Source: Psilocybe cubensis
Taxonomy: Eukaryota
Direction: 5' to 3'
DNA: 64,000 bases
NCBI GenBank assembly: GCA_017499595.2
Contig: CM039002.1
Coordinates: 2,976,001 to 3,040,000, forward strand
Position numbers and translations under genes: made by a program. The notes beneath the pieces were generated by a model. That model was not told where the DNA came from. It searched no databases and worked only from the letters and a program-made list of their open reading frames with translations. Of this stretch, positions 28,305 to 41,329 are shown in pieces. Position 1 is the first letter of the stretch; every line of letters begins with the position of its first letter.

Positions 28305-28896
28305 AGGAAAAGAAAATGTAAATTGAATGGAAGACGTACTCACCATCGATCTATACAACACATGGTCGCGAAGAACTATCTGTGAGCGGCATTTGAGTAA
28401 CGGACACCGTGCATTGCGCCTAAACGAGGATGTGGTAGAAGGAGTTCTGTTGACGAAAAAAAAATCCACGGTTTTGTGGTCACGCTGAGTTTAGGGCAGG
28501 CTCAAAGTATTACATAATTACACGTCACGTGCCCATGGGCGCAATGGCGGGCGGGGCCACCCCAATGCTCTTGCACACTCTTGCTCCCGTCTTTCACGTC
28601 CGAAATTTGCATGTAGTTGCAATAGTGCTGTCGAAAGGTAGAATGGTAATTGGTATAACTTCGTGCAGACTAGAACAACAGATCGTCATAATACCCGGTG
28701 AAACTCCAAAACCCAGTGTCCAACGAGGCCTCGAACCGCTCATGAAGAGCGGCAATCTGAGAGGAATCCTTCTCAAAGATGCTATTATCTAGGCGCTGGA
28801 ACACCTCATGGCTTGGAAGAATTCTGACGAGGTCATTCAGGCTTCCCAATGGCCGTTTACAGTTGTGATGCGCTTCGAAGCCAAAGTTTATGTCTG

Positions 28897-31800
28897 ATGC
28901 CCACAAATCCTAGCCTATATGCGGTCTTTTTTCTTAACTGGAATTGCACGCATGGAGATTCGCATATAGACTTGCCTTTCCAAAGGAGACAGCTAGCCTT
29001 TGAGACATTTGTAGTCTTGTCCTGTAACCAATTGACCCAGAGACGTAGCATTCATAAAAGGGTTGACAATACCGGAGAACAATATTGTGCGAGGTTTTGT
29101 ACTTTTCTTCCAACCTTCTCCAGATGCCCACCGTATTTTTTCCCTCACGTCGGAAGTCGCCTGTAATTTCTTCACCTTTCCTTCATTGTTGGTGTCTGAT
29201 TTTTTGTTTGCAGATCGTTAATTTTGACGAACATGAACTGGCTACACTCATATATGGTACATTCCCATCAGCGGTTGCCGAAATGGCCAGAGATTTTATT
29301 CTCGAGCTCAAGGTATCAGGAGCGCAGTTCATGCAGATCGAAGACGAAAAGTTGCATATGTAAGACCGCCTTCAAATCTACCCATTCATTGTTGATTGAT
29401 TTTCTGCAGACTCGCAAACGACAACGTCGACGCGCTGCAGGCACTGCGAAATCTGCGACAATCACCTCCCGAATGTATACTGGCGCTGTTGTCCGCCGCA
29501 CGGCCATCACCTAGCATTCCCCTCAACTTCAGACAAATGGCCCCTTTCGCACGGCAAAAGGGGTTTGTAATAGCGGATGCCAATGACGAGGAGGCCCATC
29601 ACGATGATTCACCCACTTCAGCTTTAGATGATCTCGGTGCAGACTGGGACGATTACGAAACATTCGGTCTCAAATTCGATCACCAGCCTCCATCTATTAA
29701 ACCTACCTCAGATATAACGCCTCAATCTGTCGACGAGCCGCCGGCAAGTGCTGACTGGAACAGCGCATCAGAGGTTCTACCCCCAAGTGATGCAAGTGAA
29801 TCGCCTATCTCTCGACATTCCACGTCCACCATCACCTGCCATTCAACGGCATCCGTTATTTCTGCCAACGAAACAAGCTCGACAGCCAGAAATACTTCTG
29901 AAGCAGCATCCCCTATCAGGAACAAAATCTTGACCGATGGCCAGATCATCTACCATCGCCTGGACGTTCTACAGCCATCTCGGGGAGATGAACATGTGTC
30001 TGATCTACTAAATGCCGATGTGGTCTCTTCGTCGCCTTCTTTGGTGAAGCCCACGTTTAATTTTCGGGACATTCACAACGTGGTTTCCACAACCAGAATG
30101 ATGTCCTCTTTGGCCCCAGCCGACGGCGGAAAGGACATCGAGGTAAGCAGATGATGCTGAATGCGGATGTTTTATTGGCCACTTGTTTAATGTTAACCAA
30201 AAACCGTCTAGGAACGCTCGGCGACCCATATGTTGGTGCTTTCAGACCAAAATAATCAGCATTATAATAAACCTATGGACCGGTGTTCCAAAGTGACGTC
30301 GCCCACAAATCATGGAAGTCATGGCTCTTTTTCGGAGACAACGACGCTCTGCTTGGGAGATCGTGGAGACTTTTCAAATCTCCGGAGCCCTACAGCTGAT
30401 CAAGATAGTCTCCAACAAACTTCGATCTCACCTCAAAAGCGTATCTCTTTCTTAAATGACGGTGACTCGTCCTATGGCCTCGACATGGACAAAGATTTAG
30501 ATCCAGGAGTAGCAGAGGAAATACACCCGTCCTCTATCGTCCATCGTGACTCTAATTCGCCCAATAATCTCTTGATAGAAGATACAAATCTGTGGCCAGG
30601 AAGATCATATTCACGTAACTTTGCTCCGCACACCGTCAGCATTGCTGGAGATCTGTCTGCTACGAATGTATTGGGAGCGGTATCAGTATCATCATGCACG
30701 CACCCTGTTTCTACACGTTCAGAACTTTTGGTGCAACCCCCATTTGACGCGCCACCTTTGATACTTCCCATCACGAATGAACCACCGATTATCCGATACG
30801 CGGACGCTGACACGCCTATAAAGAGGGCCCTACAATGCGATATTACTACCAACCCAACAAATGACGACCAACACACCCCTACTCATCTCTCTCTATCTAC
30901 GTCGGGCGTGTGGATGACAAGCAGCGACGATGACGATTATGCATATTTGCATACATCTCTGCCGCTATCTGACCCACCGCCGTCATTCGTATCTGCGTGC
31001 CCTCCTGTTGAAAGCTCGCAGACCTTAGAAAACCTCGCAAATATCAATGATCAAATGGCGTCGTTGTTGGATGAAGGCAAGTCCCACGCTTTCTTCGCAG
31101 GCGTAGTGAATGGTTATTTAACAACACTTGCATTGCTGCCACTAGGACAACCTACAAATTCCTATTTGGCACACCCCAACTCAAGGGACGAGGCCCCGGC
31201 TGAATGCTTTACAGATTCTGACCAATCTGTCATAAGTGACATGTCTGTGTCGTCTGCACAGAGTGTCATTATTCATGATGAAGGCAAGCTCATTTTAACA
31301 CCGGCCAGTCGGCCTGAAAGCCCCTCTCCTCAGACTATATGTTCTCTTGATGATCTGGGGAACCTGTTCACTGCGCGCCCTTCACGTGGGTCTTCACCGG
31401 CGTGCCATCAATCTTCCGTGTTCCTTCCGGATGATAATTCTGGATATCTTGAGACTAATATAGATTCCCATATAAATGGAACTCCGCCTGGTTCTATGGC
31501 TGAAAATACGCAGACCTCATATCAAGATACTTGTCCAGGTTTGGAGGCGTTGGATGGTGGCGCAAAGCAAGCGCGTTATTCTCAAACTCAACTCGACGTC
31601 GGCACCGTTCCTGAACTTCGGCTTGCATTCAATCTTGACGTTCGTCCAAAACATATCGAAACAATGGAGGCGCAAGATAGCAATGCCGACCCAGCTACTG
31701 ATAGGGATATACAAGATGACGTCCAAGCATCGTCCAAATTTGAAGACTGGAAAACGCATCCCGAGATAAACGAGTTATTCCTTCCCCGCATCCCTTTGTC

Positions 31801-32416
31801 CCCGTCATTCTCGCAAGAAATGTCTTCATCTTTGGAGTCTCTGTCAGTTGACCGCCCGGCACATTCGCTACACGATACTGCCGAAGCGATACTTAGGTTG
31901 CCGAAACCTCTCCAATTTCCGCGTCGCGCCCTGCCTGCGACGCCCCGGACACTGTGGCCAATATCTGATGATTTATACGGAAAGCCACGTATTTCTGCTG
32001 TATCTTATGGCGGGAGAAGGCCGCCAATTAAAAGACGCTTAAAGACGCTATCTTCACCGTCGTTAGCCAACGCTCAGGACGGCAAAGCTAAAAACACACC
32101 TTGCTTGACGTATTGTGATGCTGCCACGCAGACTGAACTGGAATGCCAGAGAAAACTATTAAAGATTCAAGCAGATGACCAACGGCGCGAGCTCCCTATC
32201 AGTACATCTACGCCATACCTTCCTAATGCACCTTCACCTTCATTTTTGGGAGGGATCCATAAAGTTTTGGCCGGCATCCTTCCCAGCAAAGAAGCCCCTA
32301 AACCTGAACTTTGTTCAACCACCAATCCAAGACTACGAGTGCATATTACTTCTAGGGGCTTTCTCCCTTCATCTCAAGGACCAATGAGTGCACTTTCCGA
32401 AGTCAGCGACGTTTGA
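28897..32416 (+). CDS. Large low-complexity S/P/D-rich hypothetical protein (5' exons uncertain)
   Basis: Long ORFs 29396..30154 and 30230..32416 are joined by a GTAAGC..TAG intron. An upstream exon VNFDEHELATLIYG...LKVSGAQFMQIEDEKL loosely resembles a SAM domain. Confidence 0.7.
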
Positions 32417-32596
32417 TTGTCATATCATGCGGTTATTCTTGGAAACAAATCTTTCATTTATTTTTGGATCGAGCTAAGAATACTGCATTTGGTCGTAAGA
32501 ATAGCGTACAAGGTAAAATATATCACAGCAGGCAGAAAGAGTCCGGAATTCGAAGGCGTCATTTCATTCGTTAACCACATGATAGGAAAATCGCTC

Positions 32597-35117
32597 TCAG
32601 GCGGGACCGATGACTGTGGGCTTTGTCTTCTGGAGTTTTGCAATTGTTGCATCGTCAAAGCCTAGGTGGGCCTTGACTAGCTCAGGAGGTGTCAAGGCCA
32701 GCCACTGATTTGGGAGTAGAATGAGAATATTAGCGCATTTCCAGTTATTTAGTACCCATGTACTTACATTGCTGAGACTGATGTCTTCAAACATATCTGT
32801 AGCTGGGATCAGACGTTGAACCAGGATACGTGAGGAAGGGGGACTCACCGGTGTTGAAGATCTCAAGGAAACGAAGGGTTGAATTGCCAGTGTTTTCAAC
32901 ATAGTGGCCTGCAATAGTAGATTGGTCTTGTAAGAAAACGACCGGTATACTCGTACCAGGATATTAGGAACTTACCCATAGTTGCAGGTACGTAGCCTAG
33001 TGGGAAAAGAATCATATAAATTAGTCGTCGAATAAAAGTTTTACAGGAAAAAACGTGGCCATACCAATATCTCCAGCCTGTGAGAAGCCGCAGAAATGTC
33101 AGACCAAAAACTCGGCTCCGGTTTCAAGTGACCTTACCTGGTAGTTGAATGTTCGTGCGTTCGACTGAGCGGCGAAGATTGTTACACGACCTTCTCCCTC
33201 ACTGATAGCATGTCAGTCTGAGGTATCCGTGTCAGTGATGTGTGCTTGGGACTTACAGGAAGAAGCTCCATTCATCTTGTGTTGGGTGCCACTGAGAGTG
33301 TTTTGATCAATAAGTGTCCTGTGACAAATTGGAAAGATATTTACGTGAAGTTCTCTGTGTAAGGTGTTTAGACATATGCCTCATCCAACTATAAGATTTA
33401 AATGTACTGACCTCATCGCGCCTGGTTCAACAGTGACTTCGGCCGCAGCGATGGCTGTCGAAACTTTGAATGTTCTTGAATCTACAATCTTGACGCTACC
33501 TCCACTGAGTTTCGTTGGCTCCATCTTTGAGAAAGAGAAGGTGAAGGGGTTGTCGACCAATCCTTGAGGGCTTGTTGGGAGATTGCCACTGTCCGTTGGG
33601 GGCGCTGTTACATTCATCAGCACGATGACTCATACAATTTGGTAGAATCTTACTGCTTGGGAAGATGTACAATTCTTGCGATGGGATGTGTGCGAAGGCT
33701 GAGATGTCACTGTGGAAGGATGGTTCATTTCCGTGAGAACGAAGATCTACAAAATTCCTCACGTTTGGAAGTTCTTCGCGAGTACTAGGAAATTAAGTTG
33801 AGTAAAGTTCCATCAGTCCTATCGAATGAACTCACCTTCAGCGGGTACGTGAGCCAACCAGTCCGTGAGCTAAAAAGGTAGTATGAATAATCATATTGTT
33901 TTTATTCTCAAAGAATAACATACCAGGAAAGTGGAATCTTCGCTGAAAGCGCCGTTGGGGAACACCTTTTGCCAAATGTAAGAAAATTTTCTCGAGGTTC
34001 GCGGGAGAATGTACCAGAATAAATTCAGAGCCATCCGGGTCGTCAGCTGTTGCTTGAAGGGAGTGCGGAACGCCTGGTGGGAAATACCAAAGATCTCCGG
34101 GAGACTTTTGTAAGAAAGGCGGCCGATTAATAATACAAGTCTAATGTGGATGGAGCGACGAGGTCTCACCAAAGTAGCTATGAAATTCTTGCCATTTTGG
34201 TCAACTGATGTGACTTGAGTGTTCCCCTATTACAAGTAGTTTGTTAGACAGAAGTCAGCAGATAGATACTTGTGATAACTTGCCTTCAGAACGTATGCCC
34301 ACTAAAGGAATACAAATCCAAGTTAGAATTTTACAATTGTACTGCGTCTTTATGACTGTTTACCTCTGCGGTCTTGTGCCAGTGAAGCTCACTAGAATGT
34401 ATTACTGATGAGACTTTCTTCCTATTTTGAGGGGAAATGTTGAAGTTCACCGAATAGCACCAGCTTCCAAACGCATGTTTACACTGGCCATTTCCGTGGC
34501 AAGTGGCATCACACCAACTGTTCACGTTTTAGTCAGTGCATATTCCGTGGCTCACGTCATTATTGTAAACTTACTGTTCTCTTGACGTGCCCATCCTCCA
34601 GTTTGAAGACGGTTGTGACTTAAACTGAAAGGCCACTTCGCATTGTCACTAAGAGATATGTCAGCCTTAGAGTGAACATTGTTCAGTAAATTATTACTTA
34701 CACGCTGCCATGGTCAGTGGTAGGAGGAGCAAGCAGATCGGGGTTCTCTTTAACGGTGGGGTCGTCTGTGGGACCTAGGATAGTTGCCCCGAGAGAACCT
34801 CTGATTGCTTGGGGCGACCCTTCGACGGACGAGTTCCAAAGCGGGCCATTTGGGTCCAGTTTGATAAAAGGGACAGTAGCAGTAGATTCGGCAGCGCTGC
34901 TTGTTGAGGATGCAACCTTGGTCTGACTGGATGTCGACGCCGGTTTAGTTTTCAAGGCCGGCGATACACCTGATGCGCCAGCGGAAGATACCAGCCCGGA
35001 AGCTGAACTTGCAAGTGCCGAGCTTGAAGCAGAGGCCAAAGGATCGATGGCAGCAGGAGCAGCCAAGGCAAGAGTAGAGAGCAGAAGGGCGATGGTGCAG
35101 TAGGAGATTTTAATCAT
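32597..35117 (-). CDS. oxdC: Oxalate decarboxylase (bicupin), secreted; many exons
   Basis: Signal peptide; LAPPTTDHG, HNRLQTGGWARQ, ELHWHKTAEW, LWYFPPGVPHSLQ, GGSVKIVDS, EPGAMRELHWHPTQDEW and ISLSQWLALTPPELVKAHL motifs. Confidence 0.95.
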
Positions 35118-37390
35118 GCTTGTAGGAGAGAATTGGACAACTTGAACTTGGTGTTGTTGGTTGTTGGAAGAATGAACCTCGAAAACAGGCTCCCTTTATA
35201 CAAAACAGAGACTCTGAAAAATGAATTAAATGTTTCCGGATTCAGGCATACTGTCGGGTGTTGGGCTTTCCATCGGGTTGCTAGAATTCGAAAGACAGTA
35301 TTGGGCAAAGAATGTCACGCGTACATGGTGCACTCAACCACCAATGAGAGTTCCGAAATCGCGTCTCTTTCGATTTAGGATGTCGATAATCCTGAGTGAC
35401 GTATAGTAAAACAGTGCATCCCGGTCGGAACAGAATTTTGTTCCTCAAATTGCCGAATGAGAAACAGAATAATGCTTGCAATTCCAATGGAGGATCACCC
35501 GTATGTAGTGCTGGAGGATGTATCGGGATTAGCTGGAAAGCCTGTAATCCATGAAGTAGAATCAATCTTCAGATTTTGCCGTGCTGATTTTAGTAACAAA
35601 GAAACGTCGGCTCTGCAATCTCTCACTTCTGACAGATACCGGGCGTGTGGGGCAAAGAAAAGTCACAGGAACAAAACGTTCATCAGGTCCCGACGGCTCG
35701 AGTACAGGGAGACATTGGACTTATCTCGATGATGGAGATCTAGCAAAACTACCTGTGGAGCCGTGAGGTGGTCATAAAGGTCTGTGCTATTTCTGCGTTT
35801 ACCATGTCGAAATAATTTTCCAGTGCTAAAATAAGAACCACTCACAGGACACGACAGATATATTTGGAGAGTACTTTGCATTTGAATGTAGATGCCGTAA
35901 GTCATTTTGTTGTTGCTTTAAACGGAGATTGCTACGTTAGCTTGAGAGGCGTATCAGATACCAAATTGAAAAGGGATGCAAAGAGTTGACAGCCAGCATA
36001 TAACATAAATACCGCATGGTCAGCAATGATTTGTTAACATAAATAGCTGACTTGCAACTACAGCGCTAGGGAGTTAGAAATGGGACAAATGAGGTCAGCG
36101 TTAATACATGACTCTGGATCATCTTCTGAAGACCCCAGATATCTTCCGGGATCGATTAAAGAACGTCACAATCCACATACAACAGAAATTTCCATAATTT
36201 CACAAAAGTAAATAGATACCCTGACAGTACCGACTGGTGAGTGATGGTAGTATTCAACTAAATTGGCTACAATTGCTCACCGACAGATTGTGCGAGTCGG
36301 TGCAAAAAGGGTTCATGGAAAATACCCTGGGGTTTCTCCTAGTGTCTCGTCTCAACTTTCTCCGTATAGATGCTTGTTCTAACTTTGGATGTTGCTCATT
36401 AAAAATAACCCAGCAACCTCCCAACACCAGGCTTCGGCCAACGGAGCGATTCCTGAAATACACGGCATTTCCACAGAAGTACGTGTGCAGATGTTGGCTA
36501 ACGAAGTAGGCTCACTCGATCGTTTCATGGACTCTTTAGAATAGGCGATCGTTGGGGAAGGAGGTCGAAAGGATATTTGAAGACGTTCTCAACGCGTCAC
36601 CAGAACATCGGGGAGACTGATGCTATTCCATCGGTCAGTACGCACAAGGTATGGAGAGCTGAGTAATCACGAATGTGCTGATCGGGTAGTCACAAAGAAT
36701 CAGAGGACTAACCATGCCGCTTATACAGAGGATGCGTGACAAAAATGTCTTTACAGCTACCCATATTGCCCACGGGGAAGGTCCCCAACAATACGTGTCA
36801 ACATCCAGCATCCTAAGTCTGGAATGAGGCTATCAGTATTCAACTTCAGAAAGATATACGTGAGAACTGACAGTCTGTGGAGTAATAGGCGAGTCTGCAG
36901 AGCAATCGCTTTGTGGTCGATCGGTGTTTTTGTGCGTGGTCCAACTAGACTCTGGGTGGATCTTGATATGCTTCAAATCAACTCCGAATCTTTTAATGCA
37001 CAACATTCTAAAAAGATCTGTACTAATCGCGTGCGGCGGCGGCAATGATTCAAAATAGAGACGAGAATGATTGGATTGAAACGGCATCCGTTGATAACAG
37101 AGCAGTAGACAATGCTACGTCATGCTTCTAGAAAGTAAGAAAAAATTAAAATTAAGCAGAGGGCACAGTATCATATAATACTGATGTAGTTGAACATGTA
37201 CATAGAAAGCAATGCAACGTACAATGATTCCGAAAGTTAGATCGATTAACTTGAAATGAGCATTGTAATATAGCTTCCATCGGTCGAATAATGCACTATG
37301 ATGAGGAGTAATCAAAGGTCAGTTTGACAGATAGTGCAGCAATCAGATAGTGCAGCAATAAGACGAGTGAATGAATAGAGATGTACCTTA

Positions 37391-38167
37391 TTAGCAGGGA
37401 AAAATGCCTACACGACGCCCTCTTTCTAAAATTTGGATTGTTTGTCTCACTTCAGCAAACCAAGTGAGGCCTTTTGAGTTGTTGTTGAATCCTGGTCGAA
37501 CAGGATACTTTGCAGCTGACCCTGTGGAAACATAAGGCAGACCTTGCACATGAAGATGCAGGTGATACACCGAATTAAAGGGGGGAATATGGAAGCCCAT
37601 TCTACTCATTTTTTCATCGAAAAAACATAAAACTTATAAATATGGTGTTTGCTTACACGCGTAGAGAGGGTGGCACCGCAAGATTATTCAGCATAGTGTT
37701 GCCTATTTGTTCCATGGTTTTGACTTGAGACCAAAGGGTGGATAAGATCGTCGCTATATTTTGAGAAATTGACTGTGCCCACCCATTTCAGCGTCCGACT
37801 GTTTAAGCGAGCGGACACTTTCTGCCATTATCTTGGTTATGTGGATAAAGAGGGGAGTTGATACTAATAGAAGCTTACCTATGTGTTTCTTTGGAACAAC
37901 GAGATAATGGTATCGACTAGCGGGACTCCGATCCTCAAATGCAACGAAAAATTCGTCCTGGAAAGTTTGATATCAGAAGAATTGTTTACATGGTTGTGAA
38001 ATCGAGACACGCACTTCGTAATGAATCCTGAAGCCACGCTCTGCCGACACATTGCAAAATTTGCAGGCCTTAGGTGACACATCAAGCGATTTATCACCAC
38101 TTTGAACGCTTTCGTTCTGAGTATCCGGTTTAAAACATGATATTAAATATGAAAGCAGGACAACCAT
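37391..38167 (-). CDS. HIT-family nucleotide hydrolase, HINT3-like; multi-exon
   Basis: CKFC, FEDRSPASRYHYLVVPKKHI and MGFHIPPFNSVYHLHLHV (histidine triad). Confidence 0.92.
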
Positions 38168-38692
38168 GCTTGCTCTGAGAATACAACACTTTAATTAGAT
38201 GCATAAAATCTACCAATCACCGTTGAACGTACATTTTCCAACAGAAACTCCAGGCCTGTCAATCTTCTTGCGTTTCTTCCTCCAGTTGAAAGGGTTATAT
38301 ACGTAAGTTTAAATCAGTCCAACAGAACCTTACAGCTTGTCCCATGGAACAAAGTGGTTGGTCAAGAATGGTGGCAAGGGGCGAAGACGGAGCGGAGCGA
38401 GAAACTCAGGGGGAGTCAACCACGTGACTACAGTCACGATGTGACCTCGCTTTCGTGACTGTACCCGGCCTGCCGGACCTGGTGCCCTTTTAATTCTTCC
38501 CCACAACCTGTACGCCATTAGCGCGGCTAGATTCTATATACCTTCATTTTTACGGCTTTTAATAAAGGGATATACTCTGTACACGCATTCAAGGCTCACA
38601 GCGGTGAAAGGAACCCTCGAATACTCCCAGGCGTGTAGTCAAGTTGACAGTCTACGCGAATACCGAACGCGTTTTCAACCTCAACCAAAACT

Positions 38693-40961
38693 ATGGCCAC
38701 ATCATGTCCCCACATTTCGGTAGCACTAGGAGAAGAGGCTTCGAACAGTGATGTTGGAAAGAAGTTCATGTCTGTGATATCTTGGAATACGTATCGGTCG
38801 CAACCTACCCGACCGGCGAAGCGGAGGAAAGTAAGCACCTTTTTCTCCCATATGCAGTGTACGAAATTCACGCTTATGGACACGACAGATTGCTGCACCA
38901 ACCTGTGGTACATGCGATACATCCCTTTCACGACCTTTTGCCTGTTTGGAGTGTTCATATACAGGATGTTGGCGCGATGACCATGTCGTAAATCATTTAA
39001 GAAGCTCGGGCCATTACTTCTGCAAGTACAACCTGTTTAAATCAATTTCAAAATGTGTATTTACATTCTGAGGTCCCACAGGTGTCGACGCCAAAACTGG
39101 ATCGCTCTTTTGCAAGGAATGTGATGACTTTGTCTACGACTCCAGCATTGAATCTCTACACTTGTCTGCCATGGTTTCTGCACAAGAAAAACGAACAAAA
39201 TACCAGAGTATGTATTTCGTTGATTTATCAAAGGATTTACGTTGAGGGCAGTCTTATAGGTTCGAAACATCCTAGAGAAGCCTATAAACCTTGGACACCG
39301 AGTGCAAAAGAGCTTGAGGCTCTTGGGAACGCGGAGAAAATCCCATGTCATGGTAAATTCTAGTGGATCTCAAGTCATCTATTATGCTCACTTTTGCGTC
39401 CCTTAAAGGACGTAGAGGACTTTTGAACCTTGGGCAGACATGTTATATGAATGTTGTGTTGCAATGCTTCATTCACAACCCCCTTCTTCGAAACTATTTT
39501 TTGAGCGACAAACATAACTGCAAGCAATGCAAAGTGGAGAACTGCACATGTTGTGAAATGGACAAGCTATTCACCGAGGTAACGCTTATGCTTCGTCATC
39601 TTTATCCATTTCTGGTTTAACACTGCGAAGATCTACTCAGATGATCCAGTTCCCTACGGCCCGATCAGTTTCCTCGCCACGACATGGAAAGCGTCTGCCG
39701 AGATTTCAGGATACGCCCAACAAGATGCACACGAGTTTTTCATGGCGAATCTGAACCATATCCACTCGACATCTCGTGGTTGTACCAACGTCTCCTGTAA
39801 TTGCATCATCCATTCGACGTTTTCTGGATCCCTTCAGAGTGATGTCACATGCGATCGATGTGGCAACGTTACAACGACCATTGACCCCGTCCTTGACATC
39901 AGTCTTGAACTCAAAGGCAAGGCTGGCGAAGCGTCTTCGGGAGATACTCTGGGTGCATGCTTACGAAGGCACGTTCATTGTCTTTCTGGCATGCCTATAC
40001 TGATCCCGTAAAAATAGATTTACGCAAGCCGAAAAACTAGGGAGAGAATATAGCTGCGCTAAATGTGTGAAAGCATCGCCAGTAAGTCACGCAGATTATG
40101 GCGCAAGCCTAACAACCTTACTAGCACCTTTCCGAATATCGCTGACTATGTCTTTCTTAGGAAGCGACAAAACGATTTAGCATACAGAAACTACCGCCAG
40201 TCTTAGCTTTTCAATTCAAGGTCGGTCTTCTGTTTATACAAAGCACCGTTTCAGATGATTTTATCTTCACGGCTTCGAACACACAGCGTTTCGAACACAA
40301 GACAAATGATAGATCTTCGGCGCGCAAAATCGATACTCCAATCCGGTTCCCCGCGTCGATAAATATGGAACCTTACACGACACATTTTCTCAAGGAAGCA
40401 GGAAAAGAAAATATCGGGTCTCTTTCGTCGTAAGTCCGGCTACGCCATGCTCTCGAAAACTCCATTGGATACTCATGATATCATTCGCGCGACAGAATAC
40501 CTGGCCGAGAGACGATGTGCGAGTATGATCTTTTCGCTGTGATCAACCATGAAGGGCAGATCAACAATGGCCATTACACCAACTTTGCGCGCTGCAAAGA
40601 TGAGGTGCGTCACTCATTCCGTCAGATGAAAATTCGTAAATAAGTGGCGCTGACCCTCGCGGGCTTTAGTGGTACCGGTTTGATGACGATAAGTAAGTGT
40701 CTTTTGATTCAGGATTTAGGGCTCTCGCTGATGGTGGGATAACTTGGCTTCTCCAGGGTTACACCATCGAGTTTAGGCGCATGTCTTAATTCGAACGCAT
40801 ACATGTGCTTCTATGTCAAGCGACACCTAGATTATAAGCCAAACATGACGCCTACGTATGTGCTGACGAGGGAGACGGAGGCCCTTCGGGAGAAAGAATT
40901 GGAGAAAGAGAAGGCTGCACGCATGAGGGAAGTTGAGGACGATCTGCTGTCTATGCTGTGA
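38693..40961 (+). CDS. UBP8: SAGA deubiquitinase Ubp8/USP22-like; multi-exon
   Basis: N-terminal zf-UBP; Cys box RGLLNLGQTCYMNVVLQ...HNPLLRNYFL; QQDAHEF; His box HEGQINNGHY; WYRFDDD. Confidence 0.92.
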
Positions 40962-41329
40962 TGAAAGGAATGGACGCTCAGGACAAATCATTGCTGAATG
41001 TAAAAACAGACATTTGTATGTATAATTAGAGTTATGATTGGACGGGATTTGTTATTGCATTTTTTTAATTTACATGTTCAATTTGTGTCGGCACACATAT
41101 AGGAAAGCCTCCGAAAGATAGCACGAAAAGGAAAGGTGCCCACTAGTAATTCATTTATCGACCACTGCGGTCCGGCTAATAGGGAACACGTTGGAATCAA
41201 CTGATCACTATGGGGATTCGACAGATCCGAGAGGGCCATGTTTGTCTGCAATTCAAAGCATGTTCTTATCGTTTCTTCTCCCGCGAAGGAGACAGACCTC
41301 CATCAAACTCTTCCCGCGAAAGTGAGACT

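Larger units (their letters stand above)
27100..28420 (-). ncRNA. Spliced snoRNA host transcript with at least five snoRNA-bearing introns (ends approximate)
   Basis: Donors GTGAGT (28343), GTAAGT (28099), GTAAGC (27865, 27414, 27230); short exons 28100-28162 and 27866-27931; each long intron holds a C box, an rRNA antisense element and a CTGA D box. Confidence 0.85.

Noticed and set aside
37329-37359. Two-copy AGATAGTGCAGCAAT tandem in the HINT3 3' region
   Set aside because: Simple local duplication with no further structure.
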